A DNA stretch of 64,000 nucleotides, from the NCBI GenBank assembly GCA_964035545.1, contig OZ037766.1:19952767-20016766 (forward strand), in the 5' to 3' direction. The position numbers and the translations under genes are program-made. Positions 36,938 through 51,300 of the stretch are shown piece by piece (position 1 is the stretch's first letter; the number at the start of each line of letters is the position of its first letter). Source of the DNA: Bugula neritina (lineage: Eukaryota; Animalia; Bryozoa). Under the pieces are notes generated by a model. The model searched no databases and was not told the origin of the DNA. It saw nothing but the letters and a program-made list of their open reading frames with translations.

Positions 36938-38830
36938 CTCCCCTCCATCAGAAAGCACAACCCCTTTCTGATAAAAATAATAATAAAAAAAATACAAGTT
37001 TTGAAGTAGATATTTGAAACACACACAAAAAAAAGAATAGTAAGTTAATTTAGTACAGTGAGAAAGTAACAAGAGATATAAATGTCACACAATATTTAAC
37101 CACCTTCTAACGTCGGGTTGCCTGTTCGAGGTCCTTAAACCTGCGTCGCAGGCGTTCCACCTCTTCTGTAATCCGATCCAGTCCACAATAGCTATCCTCA
37201 AGGTTCTCCATCAGTTCTCTGCGCGTGTGTCTGGTGGTATATGGTACGGTACCACGTTGCCTCTGGATGCCCTGCTTGCTATACTCTTGCCGAGTTTGGG
37301 CAGTTTCCCTAGGTAGCCGATGATCCTCTACTGTGATGTCCTCTGCCCGAGTCACCACTACTCGTAGCGGCTGAGTGGGTGGTAAGTTACGGGTTTACGG
37401 TTCCACCGGTGGCCGAGTCTGGCTGGTGGGTCGACAGGGAGAAAAGCCCTGGAAGAGTAGCTTCCTCTTCTTCGGGTCGCTTAATTGTCCGCATCCACAT
37501 CGAAGATTCTGCCCACGTGGCAGCGGGCTATGCGTTGATGCTTCAACACATAGTTTCGCTAGAAACTGAATTCCTCACACGGGCAGAATGAGTTCACAAA
37601 ATGCTGTTGTACGTAAATTCGCAGCCATCTGTGCGAGGTGAAACTGCATTCGCAGGTAGAGCATTTTGTGTTGTTGGGCTCCCCGCAGGCCTCAGCTATC
37701 AGCATCCGTGTTTTGGTGCTAGTCTAGTGGGGCCGAGTGCTGAATATCCGTGGTAGTCCGAGTTCCCTAGTTTCTTCTAGTGGTGTGGGGTGATCAGTGA
37801 CTCCGGAGAAGGGCAGAATAGACTGTTCTTCTCTTTCATCTAAGTCAATATCGACGAGGGTGGCAGGAGTCTCTGTAGTCTTGTCAATCACTCCAACATT
37901 TGGTGCCTTGGTTTCGGAAGATTATCCGAATTGAGTGAGGGTCTTAGAAGCAGAGTCAGGGACTCTGTCAGTACCTACAACAGTAGTAGTGAGTTGAATT
38001 GGTCAATTCTGACCGATATTCTCAACTCGTGACAACTGATTGACTCTTCTATTAGTGAGATCTTTATAGGGCAGTCGTAGCGATACTGCGAGTTTCTGGG
38101 GTTAGGGTATAGTGACACTCCTGATGTCTTGATCGAGCAGGTAGTCCTTGATGGGTGACTCTAACTCCAACCCTTCGGAGGCCCAAGTGTGATTTCTCCA
38201 ACTATCTAACTCACTCTGATAATCAGAGTTCGAGTTTCTACTATTACTACCACTGAGACTATTCTCCGATATAGGAGGTATTTTTAGTCCTGTGGACTTA
38301 CCAGAGGAAGTACTGGGCTCCTCTTTGACATTCATGTATGTAGATGTAGTATTCATATTAGGTAGATGGCGAGAGATAAAATTCTGTGTAGTGTGGTTGC
38401 TCGTTGCGATTGGAATGAACTAAGTATGCGTTCGTGATTTATCGCGAGAGCCTCTCGTCCGGGTTTTTCCAACTTCCAGATCGGAGGTTTTTTCGATTTG
38501 AGTGTAACACGTCATCGCAGTTCTCTCGTGATATCGAGCTCCACTGATAGTGTAAATTGGTGGTGAGTAACTATAGTTTGATGGGGCCCCTCCACCATCC
38601 CGGCTAGGATATCGCCTGCTCACTTGGCCACAGTAGTATTATCCCAAATACCCAGGGGGCCTTCGAGTCCTTTGACTGCGCCTTAGGCTTTCTGTGTCGG
38701 ACAAGGTGGCCTGTCTTTCAGTGTTGGGGGCCCACCGCCCCCTACTTCTGGGCTGGGTTGATCTATCATTCCAGGCAACACTCTTGTAACTGATGTTCTC
38801 CACCCTGTATGTTGCATTGATTCTCATTTC
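36248..38830 (-). mobile_element. 3' portion of LTR retrotransposon 3 (pol tail, extra ORF region, PPT, LTR)
   Basis: LRRSQRTRRPPGYLG* (38639-38690) is a typical Gypsy pol C-terminus; GC-richer broken ORFs lie at 38623-37107. Confidence 0.7.
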
Positions 38831-41077
38831 TCTGCCTATTATAAAATTACCTTATCTCCAAAATTGTATATTTGAGAGTTTTTGAGCGTAATTTTTTTTT
38901 ATTCTCCGTCTGGTAGAATCATTTGCTTCAATTTGCAAGGAAAGGAAATTGTAGTAAAAGATCCTTTTTAAGCAATCTCATTGTAGTGAGATGTTTAGAT
39001 GTTAAAGTCGGTCAATCTGTGATACGTTATCATGTGTTGGTATGTTTAACATAAAAAGAACTCATTTATGTACTCATTATTTGCTTCAGGTGGATGTAAT
39101 TTCATATCCAGGGCTGACTCTCCTGTGCTCTATGTTTTGCTGACCAATCCTTTCCACAGTAACAAGCCCAGCAATCAGAGTTATTTTCCTACAAAAACTA
39201 TTCTCAGTTGCATTATTCCTTACAGCTTTGCTGGATCCGCTAGAAGTAAGACGCACATTATGTCTCATACATGTAGTCTAGAAGTAACCTCCCAAAAACT
39301 ACTCAAAAAATTGCATTATTACACTTTTTCAGTAAGCCAATGAATTCCTATTATCTAAATCAAAGTTTCAACTTATCTATATGCCACAGTTATTTCTGAG
39401 AATAAATATATAAAGTCACATGCATTAAGTCACTGTTTGTTCTTTCCAGAAGTAGCTAGTCAATATTTCCTACCGTCAGGAGGGTAAGAAGAGCTATTTC
39501 TTTTGGTGGTACCTGTATGAAATCAATACTGCTTGTGGAGATGCATCAAAACTAACGATGTTCCCTCAACCAGGTAGGCATTTCATAACAACAATTTCAG
39601 TTAATTAGCCACAACATAATCATATAATGTGTAGAAGTTTTTCTTTTCAGAATACTCCAACTCTATGGCTAGGCTAAACCTGCCCATTATGTTATTACAC
39701 TTTTTGTGGGCCACTGAAAAAAAATTGTTTTCAAATTTAAACGATTTGTGCTGATTCTGAGCTCAAAAAAATATATATATAAGTGTGTGCGTGTGTGCTT
39801 GCGCGCACACACACACATGCATGCAACTATTTAGTTTCATTAGCTTATAGACTAAGTTATTAATAGCCTTTAAACAACAATAACTTTGATTATAGCTAAC
39901 TCTCATTCTTCTAAGCATTGGTCTCAATAGCTTACCAAACTAAAAGAAACTCATATATTTTAGTTTTTATTTTGCATAGACTAGTTCCATGGTTTCCAAG
40001 ACCAGGCAACAATCTACTGCTAGGAGCTGTGCATCATCAAAAAAAGCAGTGGTCTTAAGATCAGCAAGAGGGAAGTAACCAACAACTGAGGGGTATGTCA
40101 ACATCTGAACATGATATAGACAAATTAAAAGTTCAGAAAAGAGATTAAAATAAAAAATCATACTTGAAATGTAGAGCTAAATTAAGTTTAAATAAATCTT
40201 ATGATAAAGCTAGTACAATAGCATAATAGACTGACCAATCGACTCCTACAACTAGCAAAATTTTGTCCAATAGTAATATTGAGAGGGCTGCAATAACATC
40301 AGCTCAAGCTCTCATAGTTTCTGCCACTGCTACTTGTGTAATAATAATGAAAGTTTAAATGTGTACATCAACATTGGTAAACCCTCTATAATTTGTCTTA
40401 CTATTTTTTGTAGGAGGAGATGTGAGTGTAGATAAGGTGAAAACAAGTGTTAATAAATATGTATTTCATGGTTTGTTGACAATATTTTATGTTTTATGCA
40501 TGCATTTTGTTTGTGTGAATGTGTTGTACTCGTTATAATAGGACTGCTGGTGAACTGTCCATTTATGCAAAAAGGTAAAAGGTTATTAGCCTACCCCATA
40601 GGTGGTTTGGAAAGGCACCCGCTGTATACATATGCTGTCAATTTTAAAGATTTAATATGTAAATAATTATTTTCCAAAATAAAGTCATTCTCCTTAAAAC
40701 CAATCATAAAACATTTGTCTCTTTATGCTACAATATTTATAATTGATACTAAATTTTTGTTGGCGTTGACTTTATAGAGTCAAAGGTATAAATATGTCTA
40801 TCACAGAAAAAAACCTAGTATTATTTTTTAATTCAAAGCCCTTATATTAGTCTAAAACCATGTTTTGCTTATTAAAATATAAACATTTATATTTCACCAT
40901 TTTTGGACTGCGGACTTTGGGGGGGGTCAAAGGTCAAACTGAAGCATCTATAGCAGAAAGATAATATATCTGAATTCAGCACCTAAAAACTACCCTTGTG
41001 ACAAAGTTTGAGCTTTCTACTACAAGTTTCATTTTTTGATAATTTTTTTCTGTGTACTAAATATTTTGAGATGACCC

Positions 41078-41146
<69 letters not shown>
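41078..41146. repeat. (TA)n microsatellite
   Basis: Direct observation. Confidence 0.95.
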
Positions 41147-41150
<4 letters not shown>

Positions 41151-41151
<1 letters not shown>

Positions 41152-41808
41152 GTATACGAGAAACGTTGTTATTTATTACTTTATTAGGTAAAGTAATTAC
41201 ACTGATATTTCGGGTACCACTGTACCCATCTTCAGAGTAGCAATGAATGAAATTCAAAAATTATTATGTTACGTTAGACGTTATGCATGACACAAAGAAT
41301 AGAGAGTGGCAGTTATTGTAAATTATTGAAACTTAAAGGAGATAATCTTATTTTATATATTACGCAGGTCAAAAATTATACTAAATTATACTGATTTTTT
41401 TGCATTAAACAAATAAAACCGCAACTCAATAAACAAAATTACTCCATACCACTAAAACTATATCAATAGCTCCACACTACTCAACTCTCACATAGTTTCA
41501 CTAATTCTTGCTGTTTTTTATATTTGGATATCTATTTTTTTTGTCAAGTCCAATTTATTGTTTATGCAAAAAAATCAGTATAATTTTTGACCTGCGTAAT
41601 ATATAAAATAAGATTATCTCCTTTAAGTTTCAATAATTTACAATAACTGCCACTCTCTATTCTTTGTGTCATGCATAACGTCTAACGTAACATAATAATT
41701 TTTGAATTTCATTCATTGCTACTCTGAAGATGGGTACAGTGGTACCCGAAATATCAGTGTAATTACTTTACCTAATAAAGTAATAAATAACAACGTTTCT
41801 CGTATACC
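41151..41808. mobile_element. Foldback MITE with ~255-265-bp near-identical inverted arms, TA-flanked
   Basis: 41151-41416 is the reverse complement of 41554-41808 (the ORF track gives the same peptide on both strands); termini TA|GGTATACGAG...CTCGTATACC|TA. Confidence 0.9.
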
Positions 41809-41847
41809 TATATTTATAATCAAATTGCTAGCTCGTAAAGATATATT

Positions 41848-41850
<3 letters not shown>

Positions 41851-41941
<91 letters not shown>
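41851..41941. repeat. (TA)n microsatellite
   Basis: Direct observation. Confidence 0.97.
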
Positions 41942-41946
<5 letters not shown>

Positions 41947-42337
41947 GGGGACAAATCCCAAAACTGCTGCATTAACAGAGAAATATTTTGCAAAGACGCT
42001 TATAAGTGCGCTGCATAAACTTGTTTTTAGCTAAAGTTTTCAATATATTTCAAATTCATGACAATTTTATATATACACTATTATACTCAACTTTATTTAT
42101 GGTTTCTGACATTAGCCATATAATAATCTTATTTTTTGAGGTGAAATTGGTTTAATTATTATTTGGGAACAACATTATTGTGTTGATTACATCAAAATAG
42201 TCGATAACATGCATGCATGCATTACTATATTATTATAACAATAAAATAAATGTTCAAGCATTAATGTAGTAAATATATAGCTTTGTGTAATCCTTTCCAG
42301 ATTTCTTATACCATGTAAGAAGCGCAGGGAGGTATGA

Positions 42338-45300
42338 CTAGTTGGCTTCTTGGATATCTGGTAAAGTTGGTTTGAGTGGTGAGAGATGTTTCAGAGAAGG
42401 GTAGAGGCTAGACCTCGTGTTATTTAGAGGGAGTCGAGGTAGAAAGACATATTGCCGTATGCCTCCTTCTATACTTGTCATTAATCTAGCTATTTCCTGG
42501 TCCCCTGTTAGTAAGTTACATATTGAAATGTTGCACATAAATAATGTAAATAAAAAACTTATGAAAGCTTATTTTAGTGTTAAAAAGTTGTTTGAATTTA
42601 TATCTTCACTTAGAATCCAAAACTTTAAATTAAAAAAAAGCAGAGATAAAAAATTAGCTTATAGTGGATTTTCCTAGTTATAATGTAGAATGCTAATCAT
42701 TGTAAGGTTGATATAAACTTTGATATATAATATACAAAAAAAGTCTAGAAGACTATAGCAAGCTATAATTGTAGCCATGCAATCCTGTGATAGAAAATTC
42801 ATTTGGAAACAGGACGCAATGTGCAATAAATTAACAAGCAAATGGGACAAATATGTGTTACAATGAAAAAAGCTAACAGGTAATCAAAAATGATTTAGAT
42901 AGCCCATTAAAATTCACAGAAGAACATACACCACTTTGAAGAAGGTTATGTCAGGCAGAGTTTAGACAAGGTATGAGCCCTATAGTTTGCCTGCCATGCA
43001 CATTAACATTACAGACACACAACACCCACAACAAACCCACACAACACATACAGCACAACACATACAGCATGATAGTCATGCTATGTAGCCTTAATTTCTT
43101 TTTTAGATTGTTTTATTGGGACAGGAAAAGTTCATGTAAGCAAGAATAGGTTATACCAACTTAAAATATACTGAAGCTAAATCATTTTTAACTTTTTTGA
43201 TGCCCAACTTAATTATAAATCCTGAAAAATTTTAAAATATAAGCTGAAAATTTTTGTGTAAGTCTACAACTATCAATAAAGAGTTGCAAACTAGTCTAAA
43301 CTTTTGAAGTAAGATTTCTATTTAAAGATAGTTAAAGATGTTTTCAAATTTTGAACTATGATAAAAAAACTCAAAAAAAATTAACATATATTGTTAAATA
43401 AAAGTCTAGCAATAAATTATAGAATGATTACCTGCAGCATTGACCATTACATACTCATATCTCACTGTATCATGAAAAGGATAGGAGCTTGACCAACTGT
43501 CTTGTTTCTCAATAACCTTACTGTAGCTACATCCCATCCAATAAGATTTTATAAACCTAAAATAAACACAGCATCGTGTTTAAATTTAGTTTTATACGGT
43601 TATGAATAACTTGAGAATGTACTCAAAATCGTATTATAGTACGCTGCAACTTGCTTATTACAATAAATTGCCCTTCGATCTTCATTCACTCGGTGTTGAG
43701 ACAACAATCAGACATTCAGATATTAATATTACTCCAGAAGTGTCTTACTTTATCATGATGTTGTAATTACCCATAATACATAATATAATTTCTCTTCCTG
43801 TACTTTTACCATTATGACTTACACAAATAATAAACAGCTGAACACTATCGAATATTTACCATCAACAATCTCAACACTTTGGAGTTACCTTTTCCATAAG
43901 ATAAGAGTTGGAAATAATAGTGTCATCTCACTATCATAAAATAGTCTGTGATCTGTAAAAGCTGTCCTGTGTGACTTAATTATAACGTCAGCCATTTGAT
44001 ACATTATGTTCACCTACAAAAAGGCTCATCAACTTATATAAAAGAACAATCATTTAAATCAGCCCTTCCTCAAATAATATCAAACTTTGTTATAATTGAG
44101 AAGCTAATTGATTCACATAAGTTTAGAGTCACTATCCCTGTGAGGAACCCCTGATGAAAAGGTTTTTGTTAAAGCTGGCTAAGGACTTATTCAAATGAGG
44201 CACAGAAGCAATTGTGACTGGATGCTTTTCCTAACATCACCAATAGCCTTTGTCTCGGTTCGAACCCATGACTTCGCTTTTACTGGGCAAAACGCTCTAA
44301 CCCCTAGACCACGGCTGCTCCTTTTGAGAAATTAATTGAATAATCATTTTAAATAAAATTAAGTGAACCAAATTGCTAGAGTCTACAATATTAAAAGCCT
44401 AAAAGGTAAATCATGAACAAAAATATCCTTTCAAATATTTGAATGTATATTTTGCATACAAGCACTGCTTATACACACTTCATACACACACTACATATAA
44501 ATACTGTATATAATTACTGCATATAAATACTGTATATACAATATATTTGTTTGTATTGCAAATTTCTCAATGGCCTACCCACACATCAGTCCAAACATGC
44601 AATGCCTCTTTATTTCATCATATAACTCTAGCTATACTTTTATAGCTAGTAGCCTATTGAATGGCAAGAAATATTGCAGTGAACTGTCCACAGTATTCCA
44701 TTTCTAATAAATTATTAAACTATTGTAACATCAACAGCAATCTTATAGCTTTTTTGAAAAACTTTGTTATATTGTTTCTGAGATATTATATTGTAAGTTT
44801 AATTGCACATATTGTATACAATGTAGGTAAATTACCTGATTTTTTGGAGCTACATCAGAATCTAAAAATCTGTCTATTATTGCTTTACATTTGACTTTAG
44901 CATATACATAATCTTCTTGAGGTTTCAGTCTTGCCTTTTCATTAGCTTGTACATTGCGTACAAGTCGGTAATATCTGTTGTTAATAAAAGCATTATTAAT
45001 TTGCAGTCCCAGAAAGTTTTACTTTATGTAGAAAATTTCAAAATGCAGCTCATAAAAGTAAGTAAATTAAAAATCTATTATTCTCTCCCACAACCAGTTG
45101 GAAAAACAAGTCGAAACATAGTTTGCAAAAAAAGTTTTAAATTCTGTTAATTATTAATTATAAGATTAATTCATTTTAAATTTATTGCTAAAGTGTTTGC
45201 TATGGTATTATTAGCCAGCAGAAATTACGTATTTATAATAATTATAGCTTTTAAAAATTCATCTTCAGTTTTAAGCTTATAATAGATAGTACAAAGGCTA

Positions 45301-48300
45301 AAGTCTATAACTGAGTTCAAGAGAGTAAAAATAGTATTATGCAAAACATATTATTATGCATAACAAACAGTACAGAACTTGTAACTACTTGACAATAGCT
45401 TTCTACAACTATGTCATTGATAAATATTACAACAAAAATAATTTTTTAAACTGTTGAGCCAAACAGATACAATATATGAAGAAGTTGATTTGTTATTTTT
45501 TGCACTAAATAAATAATTCATTAATTTACTCTGTCATCCTAACCCTACTTTTACATCACCTTTTTTGTATTAATTTTCATTCTTATAAAAGTTATTTGGT
45601 TAATTTTATGCCAGAGTGTTGGTGAATAAGACACTTATGCAATGAAAAATGTTTGGCTTTTATATTTGATTTGAAGCTCGTACTTCTATTTCTGTATACA
45701 CTATGTATGTGAGTGCATGCTGATTTTTAAAAAACTTTAATACTTGAGACGTTTAAGTTTTATTTAATGGCTGGGCTTACCTGCTAGTTTCTAAGAGAAA
45801 GTAGACATCATTGTGGAATTTGTTTCTGTCTCTTTCCAAGACTGTTTTGAATTTATCTCTATTCTGAGCGCTACTAGTTCCAGTTGTGTATCCACTCATC
45901 TTTGAGGTTTTACCATTTGTTAAGGATGCTTTCTTGTGACCAACTGGTGCTAGACCCCTAGCGGCTGTGCTACTACTGTTCATGTTCTCAACCTGACTTA
46001 TGCTCACTTCTACAAATTCATTGTCTTACCTTATGGCTCGGAAACTATATATTACAATTAGGCAACATTTTCAATTATTTCAGGGCAAAATCCGTATACA
46101 ATATTATAATTGGTGATTTAGAAAAAAGCACTGTCGTTATATTAGAAGTTGAGAAAGACGACTAAAATTATAGTTTTGAATAATATTTTGACAATTTCAT
46201 TCTTCTAAAAGAAATAAGTTGAGGCCATGAAGTAACTGAAGTAACAGTTTATTATTTAAAATTTTGTGACATACTGGATGCAGCTGGAATGACTCTAGAT
46301 GTACTCTGTCTTGTAGAATTCCCTATTTCTTGAAAGATTTTTTGTTTTTCATCATCATGTTTAATAAACTTCAAAAATCTCTGCCTTAATTTCTTGTTTT
46401 TTATGCCTCTATAGAAATCTATGATCACCCATATGAGTCTCCTCCAAACATGTATTAACTGAAATAAAAGCATTCTAGCTAGGGTAAACTATATCTGTGT
46501 ACACAAAATACTTGTTCAAGTTTCAGCTATAACTTAATGAACGACATAAAATAGTAATTTTATTACTGCATGGTGCTATTACTGTACATACTAACTCAAT
46601 CTTATGCAACACATATATAGTTGATAATTTTTACAGGCATTATTTTTAATAAGCCAGTTGAGTAGATATTTTGATATACAAAATGTCTTTTCACATATTT
46701 TTTGAAAATCAAGCATAATAATTTAATTTGCAAATTATATCTAAATATCTATTTAAGCTTGATATTATATGAAGAGCTATAAATGCAATAAACAAAAAAG
46801 AAATTTTAATTTTTACATAAAATAATGGAGCTCTTCAAGAGAAATGTAAACATTCTTGTAGGCCCAGCGGCAATGAAGTACAAAAAACTGCTGTACTTCA
46901 GTTGATGGCCTAATATTGTTTAATATATTTATCATAGCTTGATTTGTTATTAAGTGGTTGTTATATTAACACTAAGTACCTCAACAATAAAATGCTAAAA
47001 TGAAATAAAAATACACTAAAAAAAAAACTTCCAAGACTAAAATCAAAAGTGAGACATAAAAAAGAGACCCTCTTACACCATCAGGGTAACAAGGGTTGGG
47101 TAACTTTAGAGTCAGACTGTATGGCTTACATATATAATATGAGAACATAAGAATATGGTTATATAGTACTCACTAGTCCTTTTTTCTTGGGTACTGCAAG
47201 GTCAGCAACTTCTTCAAATGTTTCTTTGAAATATTTAAACCTTGAAAAACAAATAGAAATTATCAATACTAGTAAACTTGAGTAAACAAATTTTGTATGT
47301 ACAACATCATTCACGTAATTTCTATGACGACATGTTGAATGCTGAAAAATAACATATTTTCGAAGAAAAATGTATAAGCTTGGTGTTATCATGCAGATAT
47401 ATGTATTTTGCTTTGAAATGATGTCAATGTTTGTATTATGATCATTTGCTGTATATAAATTTGAAATAATAAAAAATTGTCTTTGAGCAACAATACATAA
47501 GAATATATAATTGCTGCTTGCAGGGCTTAAGATAGTTTTAATGTTGCTAGTTATACAAAAGAAGAGAATCAGTAGTAAAAGGTAATTTTGCTTTTTCTTT
47601 GCATACGAAAATGTCACTTAGTTTGAATTAAAATTATTTTATTATTTTTACATAAAAAAAAACAAAAGACTACTATAATATGCTGACACCTACCAGTGAT
47701 AGTCAATTTTAGGGTATGCTGACACTTACCAGTGTTGGTCAATACTATGGTATACTGACACCTACCAGTGATGGTCAATACTATGATATGCTGACACCTA
47801 CCAGTGATGGTCAATATTATAATATGCTGACACCTACCAGTGATAGTCAATTTTAGGGTATGCTGACACTTACCAGTGTTGGTCAATACTATGGTATACT
47901 GACACCTACCAGTGATGGTCAATACTATGATATGCTGACACCTACCAGTGATGGTCAATACTATGATATGCTGACACCTACCAGTGATGGTCAATACTAT
48001 GATATGCTGACACCTACCAGTGATGGTCAATACTATGATATGATGACACCTACCAGTGATAGTCAATACTATGGTATGCTGACACCTACCAGTGATGGTC
48101 AATACTATAATATGCTGATACCTACCAGTGATGGTCAATACTATGATAAAGAAGATTCATAAGACGAGGCAGCTGGTTTAGGGTCACTTCCTCAACTCGG
48201 ACTATTGACTTGAAAAGTGGGTCTTCTATGTTGTACCTTTGAACTAAAAACAATACAATAGTAAACAATAATACAGATAAGGTAATTCCTAAACAGAACT

Positions 48301-51300
48301 GTACATACATGTTGTAGTTATATTAAACCAACTACCCCAATAATGAATGGCGAAATAGTTGAACTAAATACTAAAATACATTGGAATGGGTTATAGCAAT
48401 TACCAACTAAACTTGCAAAAAGAGATAATATAATCCACAGACATGTGTTTCTATATATATATATTTCTATAACTGACAAATATATCATGTCAAAAATTTT
48501 AAATATTAAATTTACTCTCATAATCGCATCTTAGAAATCTCAACGACGGTTGATAGAACAACTCTGCATGTTTAAACAAAAGGATCAACAATCTTACTTA
48601 TGTAAAAACTGCACATGAAGAATGCAGCTTTATATTATTTTTGTTCACAACCAGAACAGGTACAATATAAATTAAATGAATGTAGAACTCCATTAGTCTT
48701 CATGTTTTATATCAACAACTATTTTATATCCTTAAAATACTTTAGTGTTTGTGCAATAAAAATTAATTTTATGGCTTCGGTCAGACATTCAATAATATTA
48801 TTTCACTACTGATACATGCAAACACAAATATGTTATATATTTGGCACTAAACACATTACCAGGTTTAAGAGAGTAGTTATAAACAATCTATAAAATTTAA
48901 AATTTCCCACAATACCTTGTCTTTTCATCAAATCTTTATCTTCTTCACCTAAAACATTCAATCATGCATTTTATTGTAGCCATATCTCTTGCAGCATTGT
49001 TCACTATACTTTTTATGAATTAATATAACTTTATTGTTGGAACAATAATATTGCTAATACAGTAATAATTTTGTTTAACAGTTCTTTATATCTAACAATG
49101 AAGTTGCTAATAATAAACTGACTTGACTTATAGCTTGCAAAAAAAGTATAATTTTTATTTGTGCATATTTTTCTCAGTAATATAACAGGAGAAAAATTAG
49201 GAGTGTTATTTTATGATTTTTTGCTAATTGAACTTGAATATGTATAAAAAAATTTGTATTACAGCATAATGCATATATACAACACATAGTGACTAATATC
49301 ACCTGGGTTACGTTGAAAATGTTGCTTGTTAAGAATCAACAGCTTTTTTCGCTGTATCAGCTTGCTTTTGCTTTGAATAATGTCTCGACATTCCAGCCAC
49401 AGCTTCAAGGGCCACTGAGCTCCACAGAATTCCAAAAACTTCAATAAGAACTCTTTGTAGACTTCATCAGTCAAGACAAACATCAGTGAACTAGAACATA
49501 GTTAGGTTATTAGCTGAGCGTAGCTAGCTATAATAATCCTTCAAATTGTGTAACTTTTTTCACCATTTAAATTACAACATTATACAATACATATATTTTT
49601 AGCATAGAGAAATTTGTATAATTCGACATAAATACTAATACTACCAATTTTTTTTCTGCAGATAGCTGTTTGTTTACTATAACTTTAGTAACACTGCACT
49701 TAAACTGAAAGCTTATTAGTTTTGTTTAACAACACATATATTACTTCAATACTTGAACTATAATTTAACATAGTCACACTGAAAATATAATAATATGAAA
49801 GTGATTAGGCATTATTTTTCTTTGGTTGCATTCAAGCTACCTGGGTTTCTTCTTTGGTCTATCTATCCATGCACCATGTAGCAATATTGGGTTAAAATAC
49901 AAGGGGAGACGACCTTTAGAAGATTTTTTCTTATTCAGCTGTCTAAAATTATTCAAAATTATAATAGCTATTTCCTTCTGCTGTACTTATGCCTAATATT
50001 TAATTATCATTTTATACTTTTTCAAATCTGGGTTTTTATTCTTATCATGGTTATTGCCAATAGCTAACTTTAAGCTCATTTCAATTTACTCAATTTACAG
50101 TATGTAATCTTAATACTTTGTTTTAAATCTAGATCAAACAGTACAATGTTGTACTTTTTGATCTGAATTTAAAACAAAGTTTTAAGATTTTGTTGGTAAT
50201 CAAAATGATATGGTATCTCATAACTAATAGTAATGTAAACCTTTAGACACCATATGAAATAGAGCATAAAAGAAATCGAACACTGTTGAAAATTTGCATG
50301 AAATTAAAATTGGTAGAAAAACGATACCTTTTTTCCTCTAATGAAATAGACTTTTCATGGTCACTGTAAAATTATAAAATACTATGAATTACACACTGTG
50401 GATTGAAAACTGAAAACTGGGAATTAATTAATTAGTTAAAAATATTAGCTCACAGGTTGATTTTATACCAAAAATAAAAGTTAATTATATAGTTTAAATC
50501 ACGCTTATCTTGCTCCACATAACATAATACGAGTATATATAACAGCTTTCAGTTTCCTATCTTTATAGCAGGGTCTTGTTCTCTTTGAAACTTGTATTGC
50601 AATAAAACATGGCAAAAAGAATATTTAGAAGCTTTTACCTCATTCTGCCATTTGCAAATTTCAATATTTTGCACCTCTGGTACTTGGTATGCACTGTACA
50701 AGTTTATGATCTTTTTGTTTAAAAATATCAATGATATTATTTGGCATTTAATACTTTGGAGCAAAATATTCTAATGATTGTGAAATATTGTAATACTAAG
50801 ATTTTATTTTTTGAAATCATTCAACAGGAAAATATGTGTTCAGTTAGGCTTGAATTTATTTTTGCTGAAAAATTATATAATTGTTCTGCTGATAGAACTT
50901 TGTAGTTATCTTCAATAGAACCAAAATCATGTCTTTATATCATGTCTCCCATTTAAAGTAAAACGCTTTTAAGCTACCATAAAGATTTGGCATAATACAA
51001 CCAATTTAGTTTTGCAGTACAGTGTTGCAAAAGTATTCAAATAATTTTAATGAATCAAACAGAACATACCCTGTGTTTGCTAGAGATGTGTGTTTCTTCA
51101 ATCTGTTCATCAGACTATTTTTCTTTAGCGATTTTCTGCAAATAACATTGAATGCGTGTGCATAAAATTTAGTTTAAAAGAAAAATAAAGAAGATATCAT
51201 TTTAGACTGATTTCTTAAAAGGTATCCTATTACCTAGAAATGGATAGGCTGCGATGACAATCAGAGCTTTCTCCAATGTCATCTCTAGCAATTCGGAGCT

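Noticed and set aside
40590-41078. Additional TIR element ending GATGACCC|ATA
   Set aside because: Looks like a transposon end, but I could not find the matching opposite TIR in the window.
41057-41961. Duplicated small protein MNFIHCYSEDG...
   Set aside because: Same sequence read from both arms of an inverted repeat running into (TA)n.
44240-44321. Functional tRNA gene
   Set aside because: A/B boxes are present but no convincing acceptor stem; the sequence continues into a body shared with two dispersed copies, which indicates a SINE.
46030-46044. 15-nt microexon with GTAAG donor
   Set aside because: It would leave a ~20-nt intron; the flanking exons already join in phase without it.
47671-48146. 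36-bp repeats as a CRISPR array or as a 174-aa repeat protein
   Set aside because: Units are head-to-tail with no unique spacers, there are no cas genes and the context is a eukaryotic intron; the ORF arises because 36 is divisible by 3.
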